Source: Fibrobacteraceae bacterium
Lineage (GTDB): Bacteria > Fibrobacterota > Fibrobacteria > Fibrobacterales > Fibrobacteraceae
Length of the DNA: 27,694 nucleotides
Direction of reading: 5' to 3'
Assembly: GCA_041667365.1 (NCBI GenBank)
Contig: JBAYFD010000001.1
Coordinates: 1 to 27,694 of the forward strand
Shown here: positions 9,291 to 17,093 of the stretch, one piece after another
Layout of the letters: each line of letters begins with the position of its first letter
Numbering within the stretch: position 1 is the stretch's first letter
Made by a program: the position numbers and the translations under genes
Notes under the pieces: model-generated
Told to the model about the DNA's origin: nothing
The model's database searches: none
What the model saw: only the letters and a program-made list of their open reading frames with translations

Positions 9291-10337
9291 TCAGTCCTGC
9301 ATTCCGGTGACGGACCAGTCGAGCTTTGAACCGTCGGGGCCCTGTGAACGGCCGCGGTAGAAGAACACTTCACCGCCCATCATCAGCTTGATGGCTTTCT
9401 GCGCGAACCATCCGTCAAAGTTGTTCAGAATGGAAAATTTTTGCTGCGGGTGCCCCATGTCGAATGTGAGGGACTCCGCATCGCCTTCGCGCCAGGTGAT
9501 GCCGATGTTGCCTTTCGGGAATGTTTTTCCGGTGTATGCCTGGCCGTTGTCCGTCACGGATTTCGGAACGACGATTTTCGTTTTTCCGCTGTCCGCCATG
9601 ATCGCGTATCCGAAAGGGGTGCCCCCTTTGGTGAAACCGATGCGCCCTGCGTAGAATTTCTTTGCGGAGTTCGCGCTGAAGTTCAGGGAGCGCACGGCGA
9701 TGTCCGTCGCCTGGGCGGTCTGCCAGGTATGCTCCATGTAGCCGTATCCCTTCACGGTGAGCGTGTCCCCGTTGTGGGCGATTTTCCCGGAGACGCGGCC
9801 GTAGGGGATCAGGATGTACTGGGCGTATTTTTCACTCCCGATTTTCCATACGCCGGAACCGGGAATGAGACTCGCGACGGCGCTTTCGAAAGTCAGGTCC
9901 ACAAGGAATCTTCCGCCTTTATCCGCGGAAAAGAATACGTGGTGTCCTTTTCCAGGCGTTCCGTTCATGAAGTATTCGTCTTTGATGTTTATTTCCCGCT
10001 TCGCGCGGTCTTCCTTGAGGCGCTCCGGCGGGTACTGGCGCCCGACGCTGTAGCTTTTGCCTTTGAAATTCCAGAAGGAAAGGTCGCAGCCGACTTTTTC
10101 GCCGCTCCCCGGGATATACAAAGTCGCGTAATTTATATATGCCTTGGTTCCGTTGTCGAGGGTGAACTGATAAGTCCAGGTCTCGTTGAATTTGTCCGAA
10201 AGCTTTTTTGCCCGCAGGAAATCGCCTGCGGAGGGGGAACGGTATTCGTCCCATTTGGGGGCGCTGACATTCTGTGCGTTGACGGAAATCGCATAAATCA
10301 GCGGAATTGTGCAGAAAACGGATAATTTAAAAGTCAT
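9291..10337 (-). CDS. secreted protein, possible AttH/CrtC/Svf1-like lipocalin fold
   Basis: Signal peptide ending ISVNA; ETWTYQFTLDNG and GRVSGKIAHNGDTLTVKGYGYMEHTW resemble the EWWY and G-x-G-Y-x-DH-x-W segments of this superfamily. Confidence 0.6.
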   Translation of the reverse strand: MTFKLSVFCTIPLIYAISVNAQNVSAPKWDEYRSPSAGDFLRAKKLSDKFNETWTYQFTLDNGTKAYINYATLYIPGSGEKVGCDLSFWNFKGKSYSVGRQYPPERLKEDRAKREINIKDEYFMNGTPGKGHHVFFSADKGGRFLVDLTFESAVASLIPGSGVWKIGSEKYAQYILIPYGRVSGKIAHNGDTLTVKGYGYMEHTWQTAQATDIAVRSLNFSANSAKKFYAGRIGFTKGGTPFGYAIMADSGKTKIVVPKSVTDNGQAYTGKTFPKGNIGITWREGDAESLTFDMGHPQQKFSILNNFDGWFAQKAIKLMMGGEVFFYRGRSQGPDGSKLDWSVTGMQD

Positions 10338-10461
10338 ACTATTTTTTATAAAATAGAAAACTTCATTTTACCTTTAGAGTAATGTTTGTCACAAACTGCC
10401 TTTAATATTACGAAAATTGGAAGAATTTGTGCTTTGTGAATTTTTTTTGGTGTTCTTTCTC

Positions 10462-10490
10462 TTGCGAAAGCCGCTCTTTTTTTCTATCTG
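10462..10490 (+). promoter_or_regulatory. candidate sigma70 promoter for the OMP-lipoprotein pair
   Basis: TTGCGA-N17-TATCTG, 42 nt upstream of an ATG with GGAGGAG. Confidence 0.4.
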
Positions 10491-10532
10491 TTCCAAGGAA
10501 TCCATGTTGGATTCTCTCTTTTTGGAGGAGTT

Positions 10533-11744
10533 ATGAACTTTAAGGTTATGTTGGGCTTTGGACTGCTTGCTATGAGCGCAGCTATGGCTCAGGATGAAAC
10601 GGCTGCTGTTGCCGCTCCCGTTGTTGCTCCTATTACTGCAGCTTCTGCTCCTGCGGCTAAGGCGACCACGGCTTCCGCTGGCGTCTTTGATGGCGTCCGC
10701 GGCAGTGCGTTCAATTCAGTCGGCAACGAAGCCGCTCCGAGCACTATCGACGATTATCTCGCCCGTCCGAGCAATTTCGGCGGTGTGCAGATGCTGTACA
10801 TCGAACCGGCAGGTCAACGCGGCCTTGTGTCTTTCGGCACCGATCGCACGTTCTTTGCTCAGTTTGATAATTCAGAAGATCTCGGTCGTCTTACTCTCGG
10901 TATGGCGAACAAGGGCGGCTGGGGTTTGGATGTCCGCCTTGCTCTTGGCCAGTGGCACAGAAGTGATGATGCTGGTAGCACTGGCTTGACCAATGCCGGT
11001 GATGACTGGGGTGCGACGTTCTCCACTCCGATGGGTGGCTATACTCTCGCTTTTAGCGGCGATTGGTATACTTATGCCAATGAAACCACTTCGGATCCCG
11101 ATAAAGGTACGAAGCAAGATGAGTCCTACAATGATTTTTCCTTGAATGGAAATTTGAACAATGCTCCGAGTGCGGAAGCTTATACTTGGACTCTCGGACT
11201 GAATTTCTTACATCATGGTCATTCAGTCAAGAACGGCAGCAAGACAACGGATGACGGTTCTGTTGCTTATACTGAGGCCGTGCCGTATTTCAACATAGGT
11301 GCTCAGGTCCTTGGTAACGAAAAGGCTCATGTGTTCATTGGTGCGAACAATCGCCTTCCGGTGAGAATCGTTGATGGCTATGATTCTACCAAGACTGGTG
11401 CGGAATCTGAAGCGAGCCTCTTTGAACTCGGCCTTCGGGTTTCTCCCAATATCCTCGGCGAAGTCGCTGTTACGGATAACTTTATCGTCTTCGGTGAAGC
11501 GGCATATAATTGGCTTGTGTTCGGCTTCGGCAGCGGCACGGATGGTGTGAAGGGAGCTAAGGATGATTACACAATCCTCGAATCTCATTCTTATACGGCG
11601 ATGGCTTCCGCCGGTCTCCGCTATCAGAAAGACAACCGCTATGCGATCGAATTTGAACTCGGCGATAAGGTATTTACCGATACGAAGGCCATCTTCAATG
11701 GCGAAGGCACTTTCGTTACCTTCGGTGGATTCCTCTACTTCTAA
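10533..11744 (+). CDS. outer-membrane beta-barrel (porin-like) protein with Ala/Pro-rich N-terminal linker
   Basis: Strong SD (GGAGGAG), signal peptide ending AAMA, Ala/Pro/Thr linker, amphipathic strands, C-terminal VTFGGFLYF. Confidence 0.75.
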   Translation: MNFKVMLGFGLLAMSAAMAQDETAAVAAPVVAPITAASAPAAKATTASAGVFDGVRGSAFNSVGNEAAPSTIDDYLARPSNFGGVQMLYIEPAGQRGLVSFGTDRTFFAQFDNSEDLGRLTLGMANKGGWGLDVRLALGQWHRSDDAGSTGLTNAGDDWGATFSTPMGGYTLAFSGDWYTYANETTSDPDKGTKQDESYNDFSLNGNLNNAPSAEAYTWTLGLNFLHHGHSVKNGSKTTDDGSVAYTEAVPYFNIGAQVLGNEKAHVFIGANNRLPVRIVDGYDSTKTGAESEASLFELGLRVSPNILGEVAVTDNFIVFGEAAYNWLVFGFGSGTDGVKGAKDDYTILESHSYTAMASAGLRYQKDNRYAIEFELGDKVFTDTKAIFNGEGTFVTFGGFLYF

Positions 11745-11789
11745 TCGGGTATAAAAAACATTTAAAACCAGAATATCTGGGAGGTTTTT

Positions 11790-12170
11790 ATGAATAAGAA
11801 AATGTTATTGGCGGTTGCTGCTGCGGCGCTCTTTGCCGCTGCTACACTCTCCGCTTGCAGTGCTGATTATGGTTCCGGCAGTCCCTCGGGCATTATCGTT
11901 CATACGGCTGCTGCGGCGGCTGCTTCAACGAATACATCCTCTTCTAGTTCTAGTAATGGCGGCTGCGACTTGAGCACTACCGGGATAGAATTCTGCATTG
12001 CCTCTATGTCGAAATCGGATTGCTCTTCGCTAGCGTCTAAAGCGAGTATGACCGATACCTATAAGCCGAATGGCTGTGAAACGTCAACGGCAACCTCGAC
12101 TTGCACCGGTACTTCTTATGGAACGGTGTATCTGTATTCTTCAGATATGAGTTGCACCGATGTTAATTGA
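11790..12170 (+). CDS. small Ser/Thr-rich lipoprotein with a six-Cys domain
   Basis: SD GGAGG; lipobox LSAC at Cys23; poly-Ala/Ser linker; six further Cys. Confidence 0.8.
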   Translation: MNKKMLLAVAAAALFAAATLSACSADYGSGSPSGIIVHTAAAAAASTNTSSSSSSNGGCDLSTTGIEFCIASMSKSDCSSLASKASMTDTYKPNGCETSTATSTCTGTSYGTVYLYSSDMSCTDVN

Positions 12171-12203
12171 CATTAAAGCCAGTTAATATCAAGTAATCAT
12201 TTC

Positions 12204-12237
12204 AAGGCCGGCTTCCCCTGCGGAGACCGGCTTTTTT
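12204..12237 (+). terminator. intrinsic terminator after the lipoprotein gene
   Basis: GCCGGCTTCC-CCTGC-GGAGACCGGC imperfect stem followed by TTTTTT. Confidence 0.65.
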
Positions 12238-12261
12238 ATGCTGTAAGAAGAATTATTTCCT

Positions 12262-12347
12262 GGGTTGCTCTTCATTCGCTCCGCTCATTCGCAATGACGA
12301 GAAAAAGAGCTTTCCTTGTTATTCCTCTGCGGGAGCCGTGGCAAACC
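12262..12347. repeat. CGTC-type REP-like repeat (reverse copy 12262-12299) plus degenerate forward copy (about 12318-12347)
   Basis: Reverse complement reads CGTCATTGCGAATGAGCGGAGCGAATGAAGAGCAACCC; same consensus as the copies at 18878, 18946 and 19473. Confidence 0.7.
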
Positions 12348-12363
12348 TTCGGATTGCGCTGAG

Positions 12364-12471
12364 CTATTTTTTTCTGAACACTTTGTAAAAGCAGAACGCG
12401 TTGAGCGCGAGGATCGCCGCCCAAGTGACGACCATGAATACCGTGCCGCCGGTTGTAAGCGTCTGTGTCAT
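12364..12471 (-). CDS. 35-aa single-TM protein, MetS-like small subunit of an NSS transporter
   Basis: MTQTLTTGGTVFMVVTWAAILALNAFCFYKVFRKK; ATG overlaps the NSS stop (ATGA); GGAGG upstream. Confidence 0.75.
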   Translation of the reverse strand: MTQTLTTGGTVFMVVTWAAILALNAFCFYKVFRKK

Positions 12472-14072
12472 ACCCTGCCCTCCGTATTTTCCGCATGGCC
12501 AGCTTCCACTGTGTGGACCGCTGTCTCGCGGCCCCGGGTCGCGCGCCCGCTCTTCCACGCGTAGGCTATACAGACATTGATGAAGATCGCCGTGAGCACT
12601 AGGAATCCGCGTGAAATCCAGATGAAGGTCACCTGCCGGAAGGGGATGCCGCAGAACGAAACCATCGCGGTGTGGCTCACGTTCCTGAGCGCGATGATGT
12701 CCCATCCCTGCGTCGCCGTCCAGGCGATGAGGAGGATCGCGAGATAGAACGGCGTCACGTATTTGAAAATCGGTTTGAACCAGGCGGGGAGCCGGAAGGA
12801 CGCGCCTTCATTCATCAGTTCCCAGCCCTTGTCCATTCCCAGCACGTAGGAGAACAGGAATGCCTGAATGGTTCCGAACAACACGAGCATGAAGGAACCG
12901 CCCCAGAAGTCCATCTCGTCCACTGCGCCCGCGGAAAGCCCGAATACGGCGATGAACGCGCCGAGAAACGTGAGCACTCCCACGGCGGTCACGGAACTGC
13001 GGCGGCTGAACTTGAGGTCATCTTCGCAGAAGCTCACGAGCGGTTGCAGAATCGAAATGGCGCTCGTGACGCCCGCGGAGAAAAGCATCGCGAACCACAG
13101 GAACTGGAAAATGTTGCCGAGCGGGATTTTCCCGAATACGATGGGCATCGCTTGGAATCCCAGCCCGAACGTGCCGAGCTTCGCAACTTCCGTGATGTTC
13201 GACCCGAAGAAGAGAACCGCCATCGGGATGACGATCGTGCCGCCGAGGATCACTTCCGCGAATTCGTTCGCCCCGTTCGCCGTGAGGGACGAAAGCACTA
13301 AGTCCTGCTTCGGCTTGAGGTAGCTCGCATAGCAGAGGATGATTCCCATGCCGAGGCTTAGCGTGAAGAACACCTGTCCCGAAGCCTCAAGCCACATCTG
13401 TGGATTTTTGAGTGCGCTGAAATTCGGGTTCCACATGTAGGCAAGTCCGCGGCTGATTCCGGGAATGGTGAGCACGCGGACGACGAGGATGATCCCCATA
13501 ATGAAGAGAACAGGCATTCCGATCTTGTTGATACGCTCGATGCCTTTGCGCACGCCGGAGGAAATGACGACCATGTTCATCGCGAAGGTGATGACTAAGA
13601 AGATAATTGCGGAGGGCACGGGGCCGAAGCACGTGCGGAGCATGATGAAATCCGAGAAGAACTGGTTGATTTGTCCTGCGTGCACTGCCGCGCTGAGTTC
13701 TCCGGTGAGCGAATACCAGGCGAAGGCGAGGAGCCACGACTGGATGAACACGTAGTAGAAGCTGATGAACACGGGTGCGAAAAGTCCGAGGGAGCCGGCG
13801 TATTTCGCCCACGGCTTTTTGATCATCTGGTCAAGTATTCCCGGGGCGGTGCCGTGCCCGTAGCGCCCGCCGTAACGGCCGAGCGTCCATTCCATCCAGG
13901 CGAGGGGAATGCCCAGGAACACGAACGCGATGAGGTAGGGGATCATAAACGCGCCGCCGCCGTAGGCCGCTGCCTTGACGGGGAACCGGAGGAAGTTCCC
14001 GAGGCCGACCGCGCTGCCTGCGACCGCCATGATGATTCCGATTTTAGAGCTCCAGTTTTCGCGGGGTGCCAT
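12468..14072 (-). CDS. sodium-dependent transporter, NSS/SNF family (LeuT-like)
   Basis: RENW...GSAVGLGNFLRFP, GGGAFMIPY, GQVFFTLSLGMG, EMDFWGG; about 12 TM segments; AAGGAG SD. Confidence 0.93.
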   Translation of the reverse strand: MAPRENWSSKIGIIMAVAGSAVGLGNFLRFPVKAAAYGGGAFMIPYLIAFVFLGIPLAWMEWTLGRYGGRYGHGTAPGILDQMIKKPWAKYAGSLGLFAPVFISFYYVFIQSWLLAFAWYSLTGELSAAVHAGQINQFFSDFIMLRTCFGPVPSAIIFLVITFAMNMVVISSGVRKGIERINKIGMPVLFIMGIILVVRVLTIPGISRGLAYMWNPNFSALKNPQMWLEASGQVFFTLSLGMGIILCYASYLKPKQDLVLSSLTANGANEFAEVILGGTIVIPMAVLFFGSNITEVAKLGTFGLGFQAMPIVFGKIPLGNIFQFLWFAMLFSAGVTSAISILQPLVSFCEDDLKFSRRSSVTAVGVLTFLGAFIAVFGLSAGAVDEMDFWGGSFMLVLFGTIQAFLFSYVLGMDKGWELMNEGASFRLPAWFKPIFKYVTPFYLAILLIAWTATQGWDIIALRNVSHTAMVSFCGIPFRQVTFIWISRGFLVLTAIFINVCIAYAWKSGRATRGRETAVHTVEAGHAENTEGRV

Positions 14073-14145
14073 ACAATCTCCTTGACATAAGCGCAGGAAA
14101 AAATAGAAAAGATGCTTGTCTTGAAATGCGCTTAGTTTATGCGGA

Positions 14146-16374
14146 TTACAGCGAGTTCAGGATGTCCATGAATTCATCCGTATCATTCGTTTGAATTTGC
14201 GCGGCGGATGCCCAGCCGTTCTCCGTTCCGGCGCTCTGTGAAATGCTCTGCGCAAGCATCGTATAGCGCCGCACGGTGCGGTTGTTGCGTACCGCTGCAT
14301 CAAAGGAACCGGGGCTTGAAAGCACCCATACATGGCCTTTCGCGCGGGTGACTGCGGTGTAGATCAGGTTCCGCTGGAGCATCCGGTAATGCGAGGAATC
14401 CAGGATGATGATGACGGCGGGGTATTCGCTGCCCTGGCTTTTGTGGATGGTGCAGGCGTAGGCGAGGCTCATCTGGTCGAGTTCGAGTCCGCTGAAGGGA
14501 ATGCTCCGCCCGTCGAAATCCACTTCGAGGAACTGATCCTCCGCCTTGACTTTTTTTACCGTTCCAACGTCACCGTTGAATACTTCTTTTTCATAATTGT
14601 TCTTGAGTTGCATCACCCTGTCGCCGGCTTTCCAGTGCGTCCCGAATAGCGCGAATCCGCCGGCTTTCGGGTTGAGCAGTTTCTGCAGAAAATCGTTGAG
14701 GGCATCCGTGCCGAGCGGCCCTTTGTGCATCGGGGTGAGCACCTGCAGATCGCGCGAAATGTCTATTTCCATTTTGCTCTTGACTCCCGTGAGCACGAGC
14801 TCCTGCAGAATACCAAGGCATTCCTCGGGGGTCTGAAAATCGCGGAAATGGAAATGTGGCCCTTCGATGGGCGCGGGCCTGTGTCCTTCGTTTATTTTGT
14901 GCGCTTTCTCGGCGATGTCGTTCCCGCCCGACTGCCGGAAGAGGTGCGTGAGCCGTATGCCCGGAATGCATTTGCACTGGAGGAAATCGCGCAGCACGTT
15001 GCCCGGGCCGACGCTAGGAAGCTGATCCTTGTCGCCGATGATGACGAGGCTCATCTTGCCGGGAATGGCGCGGATGAGCCCTGCGCAGAGCCAGGTGTCC
15101 ACCATGCTGAACTCATCGACGATGAGGATGTCCGCGTCGAGCGGCTCTTCCGCGCCGCGTTTGAATTTGCGGGATACGGGGTCGATTTCGAGAAGCCTGT
15201 GGAGCGTCGACGCTCCGTGCCCGGTGACCTCGCCCATGCGCCTTGCGGCGCGCCCTGTGGGCGCGGCGAGGAGGACCGTCTTTTTTAATTTATCTGCAAG
15301 GTGCAGCACGCCTTTGAGGATGGTCGTCTTTCCCGTGCCGGGACCGCCCGTGACGATGAATATCGGACTTTCGACCGCGCCGCAGATGGCTTTGAACTGC
15401 ACGGGGTCATATTCTATTTTCTGCTCGCGTTCATAATTTTTCAGGAGTTCTTCTAGACCTGCGGCGTGCTCCGCCTGCGCTTCGGTGCGCCCGCGGATAA
15501 AGCCCGCGATGAGCTGTTCCGCACGGTAGAGCTGCGGAATCCAGATTCCGCCGTTCTGCCGTTCGAGCGTGTTTGAGTCGAGGAGGTATTTCAGGTTGTC
15601 AATGAGCGCCGTTGCGGAGTCATCGTCCGCGGTGTCCATCTTGAGAATCCGGGACGTCTCCTTGAGAAGTTCCGTTTCTGGAAGGTAGGTGTGCCCATCG
15701 CCATCCGCGGCCTTGGTGAGCGTGTAACGGAGCGCCGCGCGGAGGCGCTTCGCACTCGTTTTCGAGATTCCTACTTTGTCTGCAATCTCGTCCGCCTTGA
15801 GGAATCCGATTCCCCAGACTTCTTCGCAGAGAATGTAGGGATCCTGCGTAATCACGCCCTCTGTCGTTTTGCCGTATTTGCCCCACAGACGGAGCGCCGT
15901 GCTTCCGGTGATGCCGTGGGAATACAGGAAGAGCATCGTGCCGCGGCTTTCGCACTGCTCACGCCACGAGGCGATGAACTTACCGAGGCGTTTTCCCGAG
16001 AGGCCCTTGACCTTGCCGGAAATGTCTTCCCCCGAGTCGAGAATTTCGAGCGTGTGTTCGCCGAAGGCTTCGACGATGCGTGCGGCGGTCGCCTTGCCGA
16101 TGCCTTTGAAGGCTCCACTTGCGAGGTAGGCGATGAGCCCTTCGCCACCCGTGGGGAGAATCTGTTCACATTTCGCGCAGAGAAACTGCTTTCCGTATTT
16201 CGGGTGAATTTTCCATTCGCCTTCCATCCGGAACGATTCGCCTGCGGAAACTTCCGGGAACATTCCCGTGACGGCGGCGGTGCCCCGCTCGCCCGGAATT
16301 TCAAAGCGCAGCACGGAGAACCCGTTTTCCGGATTGCGGTATGTGACGCTTTTGAGAATTCCTTCGATCTGCAT
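14146..16374 (-). CDS. recD2: ATP-dependent RecD2-like helicase
   Basis: N-terminal OB-like HPKYGKQF, HhH GIGKATA, Walker A GGPGTGKTT, VDEFSMVD, GDKDQLPSVGPG, YACTIHKSQGSEY. Confidence 0.93.
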   Translation of the reverse strand: MQIEGILKSVTYRNPENGFSVLRFEIPGERGTAAVTGMFPEVSAGESFRMEGEWKIHPKYGKQFLCAKCEQILPTGGEGLIAYLASGAFKGIGKATAARIVEAFGEHTLEILDSGEDISGKVKGLSGKRLGKFIASWREQCESRGTMLFLYSHGITGSTALRLWGKYGKTTEGVITQDPYILCEEVWGIGFLKADEIADKVGISKTSAKRLRAALRYTLTKAADGDGHTYLPETELLKETSRILKMDTADDDSATALIDNLKYLLDSNTLERQNGGIWIPQLYRAEQLIAGFIRGRTEAQAEHAAGLEELLKNYEREQKIEYDPVQFKAICGAVESPIFIVTGGPGTGKTTILKGVLHLADKLKKTVLLAAPTGRAARRMGEVTGHGASTLHRLLEIDPVSRKFKRGAEEPLDADILIVDEFSMVDTWLCAGLIRAIPGKMSLVIIGDKDQLPSVGPGNVLRDFLQCKCIPGIRLTHLFRQSGGNDIAEKAHKINEGHRPAPIEGPHFHFRDFQTPEECLGILQELVLTGVKSKMEIDISRDLQVLTPMHKGPLGTDALNDFLQKLLNPKAGGFALFGTHWKAGDRVMQLKNNYEKEVFNGDVGTVKKVKAEDQFLEVDFDGRSIPFSGLELDQMSLAYACTIHKSQGSEYPAVIIILDSSHYRMLQRNLIYTAVTRAKGHVWVLSSPGSFDAAVRNNRTVRRYTMLAQSISQSAGTENGWASAAQIQTNDTDEFMDILNSL

Positions 16375-16849
16375 GGGGCCCCTAAACTAAAAATTTTACG
16401 CAGTGCGTCTTGCATCAGTTTTGCGCCTGGTGTGCCCTGGCGGCTTTTTTCATGTAATGACGGAAAATGTCATTGCCTGCGCGCTGCGGCCGGAAAAACA
16501 AGGCGGTGAAATTTGAATTTGCGGATGTTTTCTTCGGGATGTCTGTCTGCTGTGAGATTAGCGCAATCGAGAGGCTTGCGTCGCTTCCTTGCGGGGGCGC
16601 GGAATCTCCCGCGGGGTGGCGGAAATGCGCCCGGCGCGCCGGCGACCGACGGGAGCCGGACGGGCGGCGCCGGATGAAGCGCATTGAAGCCAGGGGGCGC
16701 CTTGCGGAGCGGCCGATGCGGAATGCCGTGCCCGCGGGACTTTACGCGGTGAGCCCCCTTTAAAAAGGCTTTAAAAACAAAAAGGAACGCTTTGTTCAAG
16801 TGTTCCTTTCTGCTTTAATATCGCGTTAAAGAATATGCGCTAACGAAAA

Positions 16850-16945
16850 TTAGCGGATTTTCTTCTTCTGACGATCACGACGACGGCGCTTTTTACGCTT
16901 GTGAGTCGCAATCTTCTTACGCTTTCTTTTCTTTCCGCAAGGCAT
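16850..16945 (-). CDS. 31-aa basic protein, bS22-like small ribosomal subunit protein (AURKAIP1/COX24/mS38 family)
   Basis: MPCGKKRKRKKIATHKRKKRRRRDRQKKKIR; GGAG SD upstream of ATG 16945; matches the MP-x-GKKRKR-x-K-x-ATHKRKKR pattern of the family. Confidence 0.8.
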   Translation of the reverse strand: MPCGKKRKRKKIATHKRKKRRRRDRQKKKIR

Positions 16946-16993
16946 ATTGAAATCTCCGAAGAGGGTTGAAAAAAACTCAGTTTGAGTGTCCCA

Positions 16994-17022
16994 AAGAAAG
17001 AAAAAAACGCGCTCTTTGTCAA
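16994..17022 (-). promoter_or_regulatory. candidate sigma70 promoter for the bS22-like gene
   Basis: Perfect TTGACA (17022-17017), N17, TTTCTT (16999-16994). Confidence 0.5.
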
Positions 17023-17093
17023 GGGACTTGTCGGGTTTATATGGAAAAAGGTATCTTTTGCGCGTTAATTTTGACACTCAATGAGGTTTAATT

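Noticed and set aside
11900-11960. GCT and TCT/AGT runs as a contingency or phase-variation tract
   Set aside because: Imperfect, in-frame runs with mixed codons that encode the lipoprotein's Ala/Ser linker.
16570-16610. CCGCAAGGAAGC on the minus strand as an SRP RNA helix 8
   Set aside because: It lacks the 5' CAGG and 3' CAG of the conserved internal loop.
16730-16762. GGGGCTC...GTAAAGTCC on the minus strand as the 5' end of tmRNA or RNase P RNA
   Set aside because: No tRNA-like 3' end with T-loop and CCA; GAGGAAAGTCC and the 3' ACAGAA..CGGC consensus are absent.
16415-16799. Overlapping ORFs 16415-16684 (-), 16467-16763 (+) and 16470-16799 (-)
   Set aside because: Arg/Pro/Ala/Gly-rich low-complexity translations with no SD. 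The 3' half of 16415-16684 looks slightly coding-like but cannot be supported.
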